From contig CAVTNR010000008.1 of the NCBI GenBank assembly GCA_963736115.1, forward strand, positions 201,111-265,110: a stretch of 64,000 bases of DNA, in the 5' to 3' direction. Below are positions 52,701 to 60,318 of the stretch, piece by piece (the first letter of the stretch is position 1; the number at the start of each line of letters is the position of its first letter). Made by a program: the position numbers and the translations under genes. This DNA comes from an uncultured bacterium (GTDB lineage: Bacteria > Zhuqueibacterota > QNDG01 > DTFT01). The notes beneath the pieces are model-generated. The model was not told the origin of the DNA, made no database searches, and saw only the letters and a program-made list of their open reading frames with translations.

Positions 52701-52864
52701 TTGACGGATCCGGCCGGGTCGTGGCAATCCTGTTCGAAGGATTCCGGCAGGCCGGATACCACTCCCTAATGTTCGACGCGTCAAAACTGCCGAGCGGTTC
52801 CTATACCTGCAGATTGCAGGCAGGAAGCCGCGTACTGACGCGGAAAATGGTGCTGGTCAAGTAG
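49772..52864 (+). CDS. Secreted multidomain protein: two jelly-roll-like repeats, three BACON-like domains, cohesin-like domain, C-terminal sorting domain
   Basis: Duplicated WTT(V/L)MTEDFEGEWPS(A/E)GW...(F/Y)(V/I)DD; three W-L-x-(L/V)-S...N...R(K/T)A-x-V BACON-like units; cohesin-like EFQVDI...FDLTF...GVSGAG; FQNFPNPFNP...RKMVLVK. Confidence 0.78.
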   Translation: MSFILKAGNTHYNSCSTTWCFLAVWILAVSGRVAAQSEPEIQITRMEASGSYRVDSGAILKKEAAGQSEIKPQMRSGRRIVPVLDLKQRKLIRMDTLPEPARMRPEPRVTAETTARTWTTVMTEDFEGEWPSAGWARGGDKHSNGAEITWAPWAYHPASGMKSCFAQGTVVDPSSQYTIKATWGEFIVSDMWYGPINLEGVTDARIIFKLSYELGKYMDIIGWAAFSASDTSSVLYVTGYPGGDVTNWPDYDTYTYNFNTDPYYGSLCGLRDVYFLFTYLADDYQDYNKAAFVDDVRLEISMDPLPQLSLDISEWSVPSVGGTSETVHVTSSDETLGYTVSDDAFWLTLSESGGTTPGGFTMTTDANQTGLTRKAKVTVTAAPHEAASASPAILNVTQISTSDSGWTTLMTEDFEGEWPSEGWTLDSNTLDEDGGPITWDSEKFFNAWGTRSAHPHGSSIDPRVDYSVTAASGTTITSSMRYGPFSLPEYCDARFRFRMTYQLAKGDTLRWGVSAGDPDTAAIFLVGLTRVNCFPQWWVDTFDLTRVPFYGNLCGRSDVYIHFLYIADDIQDRNEAAYIDDIYLQVRPFKDRLILDAGEWEAPPAGGVSGAIHVNSTGEAFQYGVQANTGWLRVSYPWWGMTPGEFFLSAFANNTGSARTAEVRVWATMPEGIAGSPATIMVTQGPILPPRMSLSDSTWSAPPAGGKSDTMHVSSSGGTVLYTVSDGADWLTLSDFNGTTPGGFTLTAAANDADSARTAAVTVRAVIPAEAAGSPATITVTQPKAPVPASIGPIAPSVVMPGEEFQVDIHIGDPVAVNDLFNIRFDLTFSNTSYVDYAAAEPGPFFGTDAELLPVSDDAAGKVSVAISRKLSSGGVSGAGVAVCIRFRTLQDAPENARVDFTLSGITAEDEAGNPVSFTASGNAATVMTHVGDGGDAASNPIPAAFELFQNFPNPFNPVTEIRFGLPHAGEAELTVFDGSGRVVAILFEGFRQAGYHSLMFDASKLPSGSYTCRLQAGSRVLTRKMVLVK

Positions 52865-52890
52865 CCGTCCTTATATGGCGGAATGGAGAA

Positions 52891-52922
52891 ACGACCCCGG
52901 GGTCCGGAGACCTCGGGGTCGT
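52891..52922. terminator. Hairpin, probable terminator
   Basis: ACGACCCCGGGGTC-CGGA-GACCTCGGGGTCGT; no clear T tail. Confidence 0.5.
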
Positions 52923-52993
52923 CGCTCATATCTTGATCGCCCCGGCCGGAGGTCCGTTCGGGGCATAGTCATACCTCTCTATTTCTTCTCGAC

Positions 52994-53022
52994 TTGACAA
53001 TAGCCCTCCATTTGTGTATATT
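52994..53022 (+). promoter_or_regulatory. Sigma70 promoter
   Basis: TTGACA-17 bp-TATATT, then GGAGG RBS before 53049. Confidence 0.75.
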
Positions 53023-53048
53023 TCTCGCGATACTAATGGAGGAAAACC

Positions 53049-53336
53049 ATGTCCGCTGACAAGAAGCAGAATAAACCGAGAAAAGAAGATCGGGTCTGGC
53101 CCTATACCCGCGTGAACGCCTATCTTGCCCTGGCCGCCATGGCCACTCTGATCGCCGGGTATGTGGCGCTCGGCGTCAAGCCCTGGAACAGCTGGGTATC
53201 GCTGAATGTGGCGCCCATTCTCCTGGTGATCGGGTACTGCGTCCTCGTTCCTGCCGCGATCATCTACCATAAACGGGAACCGAAACCCGCCAAACCGTCG
53301 GCACAGTCTCAGGCCGAGGCGCCAAAAGCGGGGTGA
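53049..53336 (+). CDS. Small 2-TM membrane protein (DUF3098-like)
   Basis: NAY...LIAGYVAL...SLNVAPILLVIGY...PAAI. Confidence 0.75.
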   Translation: MSADKKQNKPRKEDRVWPYTRVNAYLALAAMATLIAGYVALGVKPWNSWVSLNVAPILLVIGYCVLVPAAIIYHKREPKPAKPSAQSQAEAPKAG

Positions 53337-53460
53337 GGAGAGGCGGAGAAGCGGAGAGTAAGACCATTCATTGCTCCGTCTCTTCCCATCTCCGCATCAG
53401 CATCCCGAAGTGCACGACTTTCGGTTTTCGCGAGATTTTCAGGATAGAAGCGAAAGAAAA

Positions 53461-53535
53461 GGGCGATTAGCTCAGCTGGTTCAGAGCACTTGCCTTACAA
53501 GCAAGGGGTCACTGGTTCGAACCCAGTATCGCCCA
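53461..53535 (+). tRNA. tRNA-Val (TAC)
   Basis: GGGCGAT...ATCGCCC-A; anticodon arm CTTGC-CT-TAC-AA-GCAAG. Confidence 0.96.
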
Positions 53536-53676
53536 CGACACTCGGGTTCGTCATTCCTCAGGGCCGGGAGAATGACTGCCCTTTTTTATTATCTTCGAAC
53601 GGACCCGGCGGGAAATGAGCCGGCGGCTTGTGCCGCAGGACAGGGGCTCCGGTTTGCGTCGGAAAACGGATGACGG

Positions 53677-53974
53677 ATGTTCGATGATCTGAAAATGAAA
53701 GACCTGCCGATCCGTAATCCCGATCACGCTTCGCGGGAAGCGGATCAGGGCTGGACGGTTCTGGTGAACCTCGACAGCGCCGCCTCGGTCGCCTTGAACG
53801 AGACGGGCATGCTGTTATGGAACGCGGTCAACGGGTCCGCCACGATCGGCGGAAATCATCGATGCGGCCAAAGGTCATTTTGAGGACGCCCCGGCCGGCG
53901 CAGGGGATGACATGCTGGCTGTTCTGGAAACCCTGCGGGCCGCAGGCCTCATCGGCTTCGAGGTGAAAACATGA
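53677..53974 (+). CDS. PqqD-family RiPP recognition element 1 (frameshift near 53848)
   Basis: RNPD..SRE...VLVNLD...ALNETGMLLWNAVNG, then in the shifted frame AEIIDAAKGHFEDAP...DMLAVLETLRAAGLIG; the stop overlaps the next ATG. Confidence 0.8.
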
Positions 53975-54246
53975 AGCGCTATTCGGTCAATCCCGTGGTT
54001 TCTCTGAGAGAGGAGCCGGAAGGCGGTCTGCTGTACAACCCGGATACGGACGAAGTGGTACTCATCAACGAGACGGGCCGGATGATCTGGGGGACACTCG
54101 ACATGCCCCGCACCGCAGCGGAAATCGCCGCGGTCGTCGAGGCGGAAACCCTGGACGGGGAAAACGTCGCCGAAGATGTCGTTTCCTTCCTCGAATCCCT
54201 GCTTCCGGACTTCGTGACCCGGCATGGCGAACCCGCAGATTCCTGA
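53971..54246 (+). CDS. scmD: PqqD-family RiPP recognition element 2 (ScmD-like)
   Basis: NPVVSLREE..GGLLYNPDTD...INETGRMIW...DVVSFLESL. Confidence 0.82.
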   Translation: MKRYSVNPVVSLREEPEGGLLYNPDTDEVVLINETGRMIWGTLDMPRTAAEIAAVVEAETLDGENVAEDVVSFLESLLPDFVTRHGEPADS

Positions 54247-55356
54247 AAAAATCAGCAGGACTTTTCCCTCAGCGCCCGAGGAAATCGACGTCAGCCTGAC
54301 GGGAAAGTGCAACCTGGCCTGCAGATACTGCTTCTACGCGGACGAAATGGCCGCGCTGGACGATCTGCCGGGCCAACGCTGGATGGATTTTTTCGCGGAA
54401 GCGGGCGGCATCGGCGTTCAGCGTCTCACCCTCTCCGGAGGCGAGGTCTTCACCCGGCCGGATCTGTTCGTCCTCATCGACAGCCTCATCGAAAACCGGA
54501 TGCGGTACAGCATCCTCACCAACGGCACGCTAATCGATCAGAAAATCATCGCCGCATTTAACGTGGGGAAGCGACGCCTGCGTCTGGATTCGATTCAGGT
54601 CTCCATCGACGGTTCTACAGCGGCCGTTCACGACGCCAGCCGTCCGCCGGCCAGTTTCGACCGCGCCCTGCGGGGACTGCGCCTTCTGAAGGCCGAGGGA
54701 TTCCCGGTGACGGTGCGGGTCACCATCAACCGGCACAATGTCCACGATCTGTCGGCCATCGCGCGGCTTCTGCTGGACGACATCGGGCTGCGATCCTTCG
54801 GCACCAACAGCGCGGACCGGTTCGGCTCGGCCCGGTGTTACGGCCAGGACGTGGTCCTGAATCCGGAGGAATGGGATTCGGCTGTCCGTACCCTGAAGGA
54901 ACTGCTGAAACAATATCCGGGCCGCATCAACGCTTCGGCCGGACCGCTCGCGTTCGCGGAGGATATGGAACGGATAGAGAAAGCCATGGCTGAGGGCCTG
55001 ACCGGGTTTGCCGGGAAGGGGACGGCTCTCCGCCTGCGGCGGTGTTTTCAGCAAAATGGCCGTGCTCCATGACGGTTCCATGACGCCCTGCAACCTGCTA
55101 CCCGGCCTGGTCATGGGGAAAATCGGAGAAACGCCCCTTCAGGAGGCCTGGCTGTCACGGCCGCGCCATCCAGGAAATGCGCGAGCGGTATGAAACTCCG
55201 ATCACATCCATCCCCGGTTGTGAGGATTGCCGCTTCTCCGGATTCTGCACCGGCGGGTGCCCGGCCGTGGTATATGCTCAAAACGGCACGCTTCACGCCG
55301 TTGATCTGGAGCACTGCTGTCGCAACTATTTAGAGGGCCGGAATGACCCTGTGTGA
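54224..55356 (+). CDS. scmE: Radical SAM/SPASM enzyme, SynChlorMet ScmE-like (frameshifts near 55015 and 55160)
   Basis: CNLACRYC, SGGE, IQVSIDG, RINASAGPLA; SPASM CGG...DGSMTPC and CEDC...FCTGGC...C in shifted frames. Confidence 0.8.
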
Positions 55357-56512
55357 ACCCCTCATACCGCCCGAACCGCAGTCCGGTTCTCCGCAGCGGC
55401 TTCCCGATGGAGTGCCTCTTCTGCGCTCGTTCTACCTCTACCTGACCTCGGGATGCAATCTCGCCTGCCGCCACTGCTGGGTCAAACCGCGTTTCATCGA
55501 CGGCAGGCCCGACCCCCAGGAGTGCATCGACCCGGAGCGCCTATTCGCGGCGGTCACGGAGGCCAAGACGCTGGGGCTCACCCATGCGAAACTCACCGGA
55601 GGGGAGCCGCTGTTCCACCCCCGCTTCAGGGACATTGCAGCGGGACTGTCGGCGCAGGGAATCGAGATGGACATGGAGACCAACGGCGTTCTCCTGACTC
55701 CCGAACTGGCGTCGTTCATGAAGAACGAGACGAGAATCGGCTTCGTTTCATTGAGCCTGGACGACGATGATCCGGAGTCTCATGACGCTTTCCGCGGCGT
55801 CAAGGGAGCGTTCGACGCGACCCTCCGGGCGCTCGACGCGCTCCGGACGGCCGGGTATCGGAACACGCAGGTGATCATGAGCGTCCACAGGGGGAATGTC
55901 GGGAAAATGGAAGGTGTCGTCAGGCTGGCAGAGGCGCACGGAGCATCGAGCGTCAAGTTCAATCCTGTCACGGATTCAGGCCGGGGCAGGCAGATGACAG
56001 AACGCGGCGAAACGTTCGGAATACCGGAACTGCTGGATCTGGAAAAATTCGTTTACGGCCCGCTGAAGGAAAAAACCGCGATCAGGCGGCTGATTCTCAA
56101 TATCCCGCCGGCCCTTCGGTCTTTCCCGATTCTGATGGAAACGGGCGGATGCACGGGAGATTGCGGAGTGATCGGCATTCTCGGCATTCTGGGAACCGGA
56201 GAAATCGCAATGTGCGGCATCGGCCAGACCGTCCCTTCCCTGGTGTATGGCAGGCTTGGAGACCGTATCACCGATATCTGGCTCAAACACCCGAAGCTTC
56301 AGGCGCTCAGACGGGAGTTGGAAGACACGCGCCATTACCCCGGAATCTGCGGCGACTGCCTCATGGCCGCATCCTGCAGGACAGGCTGTGTCGCCAACAA
56401 TTACACGGAAGGCAGAGGCATGGTACGGTCCGGAAAGTTGTGCCGGGAGGCCGCGGATATGGGGCTCTTTCCCGCGCACCGCAGGAAGAGCTGGGAAAAG
56501 GATAAGGCCTGA
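55343..56512 (+). CDS. scmF: Radical SAM/SPASM enzyme, SynChlorMet ScmF-like
   Basis: YLYLTSGCNLACRHCW, KLTGGEP, SVKFNPV, CGVIGILGILGTGEIAMCGIG, CGDC...CRTGC...C. Confidence 0.85.
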   Translation: MTLCEPLIPPEPQSGSPQRLPDGVPLLRSFYLYLTSGCNLACRHCWVKPRFIDGRPDPQECIDPERLFAAVTEAKTLGLTHAKLTGGEPLFHPRFRDIAAGLSAQGIEMDMETNGVLLTPELASFMKNETRIGFVSLSLDDDDPESHDAFRGVKGAFDATLRALDALRTAGYRNTQVIMSVHRGNVGKMEGVVRLAEAHGASSVKFNPVTDSGRGRQMTERGETFGIPELLDLEKFVYGPLKEKTAIRRLILNIPPALRSFPILMETGGCTGDCGVIGILGILGTGEIAMCGIGQTVPSLVYGRLGDRITDIWLKHPKLQALRRELEDTRHYPGICGDCLMAASCRTGCVANNYTEGRGMVRSGKLCREAADMGLFPAHRRKSWEKDKA

Positions 56513-56521
56513 GAGGCGCGG

Positions 56522-57871
56522 ATGCATCCCTCCTATAAACTGACACTGGCGGACGGCTTCAGCCTGCAGATCACGGCGGAAGACGTGGATGCGGCGCCAG
56601 CGGTTGAAGCGCTGGCCAAGGCCATGCGGCTCGGGCCGGGCACGGCTGAAAACGTTCTGCGTGTCGTGACCGGAGAGACGGAAGCGCTCTATTCCGTTGA
56701 TTCGGGAGGGACGGTCTGCCGTATCCTCCGGTCGAAAAGCCGTGAAGAGGACGCTGTCCGGGCGCTTCAGATCAGCCTTGTCATTGCCCACATGGCGCAG
56801 AAGCGGGGCGGAATTCTGGTGCACGGCGGGCTGGCGGAATTTCATGGACAGGGGGTCATTCTGGCCGCCACGAGCGGCACGGGTAAAACGACCGCTTCGA
56901 AGCGCCTGACCGCGCCCTGGCGGTCGCTTTCAGACGATGCAGTATTGATCGTACGGAAAGGTGATCATATTTATTATGGCCATCCCTGGCCGACGTGGAG
57001 CCTCTTTTTCCCCGGAGGCCCGGGCGGTTCCTGGAATACAGAATGCGGCATCCCGCTGAAATCACTGCATTTCCTCTTTCAGTCCCCGGAAGACGCTCTG
57101 GCCCCGCTGAATTCCACGCAGGCCGCGGCCATGCTCCTGGAGTCCGCGGAACAGGCGAATGCCGCATTCGACAGGGATCAGTCCTCGGCCGATCTCCACC
57201 GGAATCACCTGGATCAATTTGCTGTCGTCTGCGCGATGACGGAAAGTCTTCCGGCATTCAGGTTGTCTTTGACCCTGAACGGAAATTTCTGGTCACTTCT
57301 TGAAGAATCATTGCGACGGCAGGCGGAACCGGTTCCGCCCTTTTCGGCGGGGAGGAGTCCGGGCGCAGCGTTTGACCCGGTCAAATTCATCGCGCCCGGC
57401 GTCGTCATTGCCGGCAACAGCATGGCCCCGACACTGGTTCCGCCGGGATATGTCGAAGTGCGGCCATATCAAAATGAAAAACCCTGTCGCGGCGATGTCG
57501 TTCATTTTTACTCGCCGGCACACGGGGCAATGGTGACCCATCGCGTGATGGAGGTGCGGCCCGAAGGGCTTGTCACGCGCGGAGACAACAACCTGAATAA
57601 CGACCCGGATTGCGTCCCTCATTCCGCGGTGGACGGTCAGGTGGTGGCGGTCCAGAGACATCCGGGGCAGCCGCTCTGTTCGCGGTGGTCCTGCCGGGAT
57701 GAGGGACTATGCATACGCGAGATTGTCCAATCAGATCCGGATGAACATGGATCGAATGATGCGCCGGCTTCCATTTCTGCGTTTCCGGCGGATGTACTGT
57801 TCAGATCTTTACCCGAAACGCAAGGATTTGAAAATCGTATTGTTCGGCCATCCGTCGCAGCAGCCATCTGA
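56522..57871 (+). CDS. scmC: ScmC-like HPr-kinase-type P-loop protein fused to an S24/S26 (signal peptidase-like) domain; 3' end probably frameshifted, true stop possibly near 58030
   Basis: VHGG, ATSGTGKTT, LSDD, HPWPTWS (ScmC-like); then GNSMAPTL, GDVVHF, THRV, TRGDNN (S26 Ser/His motifs). Confidence 0.75.
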   Translation: MHPSYKLTLADGFSLQITAEDVDAAPAVEALAKAMRLGPGTAENVLRVVTGETEALYSVDSGGTVCRILRSKSREEDAVRALQISLVIAHMAQKRGGILVHGGLAEFHGQGVILAATSGTGKTTASKRLTAPWRSLSDDAVLIVRKGDHIYYGHPWPTWSLFFPGGPGGSWNTECGIPLKSLHFLFQSPEDALAPLNSTQAAAMLLESAEQANAAFDRDQSSADLHRNHLDQFAVVCAMTESLPAFRLSLTLNGNFWSLLEESLRRQAEPVPPFSAGRSPGAAFDPVKFIAPGVVIAGNSMAPTLVPPGYVEVRPYQNEKPCRGDVVHFYSPAHGAMVTHRVMEVRPEGLVTRGDNNLNNDPDCVPHSAVDGQVVAVQRHPGQPLCSRWSCRDEGLCIREIVQSDPDEHGSNDAPASISAFPADVLFRSLPETQGFENRIVRPSVAAAI

Positions 57872-58090
57872 AGATCATGACGGGCCGAATCTGCGTGGGT
57901 TGTTATGAGCAGGGCGATTGGCGTATGGTGTATCCCCGGCGGTTTTGGATCGATCGAAGCAGACTCAGACAGGGCGGTCAGGCAGATGGAATTGAGAAAA
58001 GAGCAATGGATGATTCAGTCATTGACTGAACGGAACGGGAAATAATGAAAGCGGTTTGATCGAACTGTCAGCGGAATCCGGAATCGATCA

Positions 58091-58336
58091 TCATGCGTAT
58101 GAACCGGTACTGCATTTACCGCCGGGGGTGTTTCCAGGTTCACATTTAGTGCCAGCAGAATTCCCTGTTGCTGAACATTTGTTGAGGGCACCCGTGCCAT
58201 TAGCAGTACATTGATTGATGGAGCCGCCGCCGGTGTCCTGTGCGCCGCTGGAGCATAAACTGTAGGCCTGTTTTGAACTGCTCAGGCGAATGGCCGCAGG
58301 TTTGATGTATTTCTTTTTATTATTATTTTCCAGCAT
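58091..58336 (-). CDS. Putative RiPP precursor peptide (81 aa; leader plus five Cys-x2/3-Gly repeats)
   Basis: KKKYIKPAAIRL leader, then CSSG, CTANG, CSATG, CEPG, CSTG; convergent on the radical SAM cassette. Confidence 0.72.
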   Translation of the reverse strand: MLENNNKKKYIKPAAIRLSSSKQAYSLCSSGAQDTGGGSINQCTANGTGALNKCSATGNSAGTKCEPGNTPGGKCSTGSYA

Positions 58337-58637
58337 CAGTTCAGTCACTTTTATGAATGTTATATTCCAGCGTAAATAAAGTAAATCTCAATATTTTGAA
58401 TATTTAGAACAACCCGAGTCATGCTTGTGAGGTTGTCAATTTTTCTATCTTAGGATAAATTACTATTTTCCAGATTAAAAGTCAAGCAAAATTTCTGTCC
58501 TTAATTTTCTGCTAAATTATTAATTAATATACTCTTGTCGAATTTCAATGGGTTTGAATCGTTTAATTACTCCTCGGGGCTCCAAGTCCTATGTGCATAA
58601 ATTGTACCATCCTTTTTGAGGCAGGAGGCTCTTCGAG

Positions 58638-59561
58638 ATGATCAATGAAGGAGAAATCATGGAGCCCGGATGGATCGCGTACAACGAACTGGCCTGGACC
58701 GAAGACCTGCTGGCGGGTCCGGAGGAATGCGAGGACCAGGTCCGGTTTTTCATCGACCGGATTCTGGCCGCTTCGGAGAAACCGCCTGTCACGCTTCTGC
58801 ATCTGGGAAGCGGCGCGGGAAATCATGACATCCATTTCAAGGAGCATTTCAAGGTCACGGGCGTGGACATCAGCCGCGGCATGCTCGAAAAGGCCCGCGT
58901 CCTGCATCCGGATATCGAGTACATCGAAGGCGACATGCGGACGATCCGCCTGAACCGGACCTTCGACGCTGTGGCTGTTCCGGACAGCATCGACTACATG
59001 GCGACCGAGGACGATCTCAGGCAGGCCGTGCGGACCGCTGCGGAGCATCTCAAGCCGGGCGGCGTGCTTCTCGTGGCGGCCAAGCCGGCTGAAACTTTCC
59101 GGGACAACAATTTCGCGTACATCGGAGAGAAAGACGATGTGCACGTGACGGTTCTGGAGAACAATTACATCAACCCGTACAGGCCGGACACTTACGAAGC
59201 GACTCTCGTGTATCTGATCCGCAGCAGAGGCGAGCTGACCATGCGCACGGAACGCCAGATACTCGGGTTGTTTCCCCTGCCAGTTGGGAAAAGGTATTCG
59301 CGGACGAGGGACTCACGATGTCGCAAAACGACCTTGAACGGCGCCTATGACCGCTATCTCCTCAACGACGGGGAGTATGCGATCACGGTCTTTACCGGGA
59401 GTCAAGACCTGATTCAAGGCAGGCGTCTGGTTCAACGCATCCGGAAAGACCGTACGACAGATTATTATAAATTCCGGCGCGGAAAGCCACGGGGCCTTCA
59501 ATGCATTAAGATTAAAATAGATAGGTCCCGTGCCGATTCATCCAAACAGCAATGCCGATAA
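58638..59561 (+). CDS. Class I SAM-dependent methyltransferase (3' part probably frameshifted, true end near 59410)
   Basis: LLHLGSGAG, GVDISRGML, GDMR, FDAV, HLKPGG. Confidence 0.82.
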   Translation: MINEGEIMEPGWIAYNELAWTEDLLAGPEECEDQVRFFIDRILAASEKPPVTLLHLGSGAGNHDIHFKEHFKVTGVDISRGMLEKARVLHPDIEYIEGDMRTIRLNRTFDAVAVPDSIDYMATEDDLRQAVRTAAEHLKPGGVLLVAAKPAETFRDNNFAYIGEKDDVHVTVLENNYINPYRPDTYEATLVYLIRSRGELTMRTERQILGLFPLPVGKRYSRTRDSRCRKTTLNGAYDRYLLNDGEYAITVFTGSQDLIQGRRLVQRIRKDRTTDYYKFRRGKPRGLQCIKIKIDRSRADSSKQQCR

Positions 59562-60000
59562 TGGATATATTGTCGTCATTCTGTTGTTTTTACATCAAAA
59601 AATCAGTATATTCCTAAAATGAATTATGTTTCGGTGAGGAAAGGATTTATGGAGAAGGCTGGGTATTGGAAATACGGCACTGCGCAAAATCGGATACCGG
59701 GTGATGTCAGTGTTCTTTCGCTCGACCGGCAGACACGGTCAGGGGAGGGTGCGGCGATTTAACGAAAATCGATTGATCTGTATTGAAAGAGCAGAGCCCT
59801 CCCTGGTTGAATTGCCCTGGGGCCAGGCCCCAGGCGATTATTACTATCTCAAGATTATCCCAATCCATTTGACCCATACATAATGATTTCCGCTCATCAG
59901 CCGAAGGCCTGTTTCGTGAGGCTTCGCGTTTTTGATTTTCCGTGAAAAGCAGTGCCGCGCTGATTCGTGAGACCGGAGCGGCAGGTGAATGCCCGGCACT

Positions 60001-60161
60001 GTGAATCTGATAGCGAGCGCATTCCCCGGGGCTTGTCTTCAATAATTCGAAAATATAATTGCTTGATCCCGCGCAGCGGGCCCCGGGGTAAGCGAGCGAA
60101 TATCGGATGTCTCTTCTCTACAGATAGAAGATTCCCCGCCGCTTGCGGCGGGGAGCTTCAA
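60001..60161 (-). mobile_element. Non-autonomous MITE/REP-like element, copy 2 (161 bp, one 45-bp insert)
   Basis: Reverse complement aligns to 48334-48539 minus one 45-bp module. Confidence 0.75.
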
Positions 60162-60318
60162 TGGAGAGAGCCATGCGGCGGGTACGGGCTTCCCGCGCAT
60201 GAAAGCCGGTGATTCTTTCTCAGGCCCCGGACAGGAGTTTCCGGAATCCGGAACGCTGATTCCGCTGAAATCACAGGACGATCCGTTGCGTCCGTTCTCC
60301 TGATTGAAAGGAAAAACC

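Noticed and set aside
53461-60300. tRNA-Val-anchored integrative element carrying the RiPP cassette
   Set aside because: No integrase, and I found no duplicated tRNA 3' end (att site) by eye within the window.
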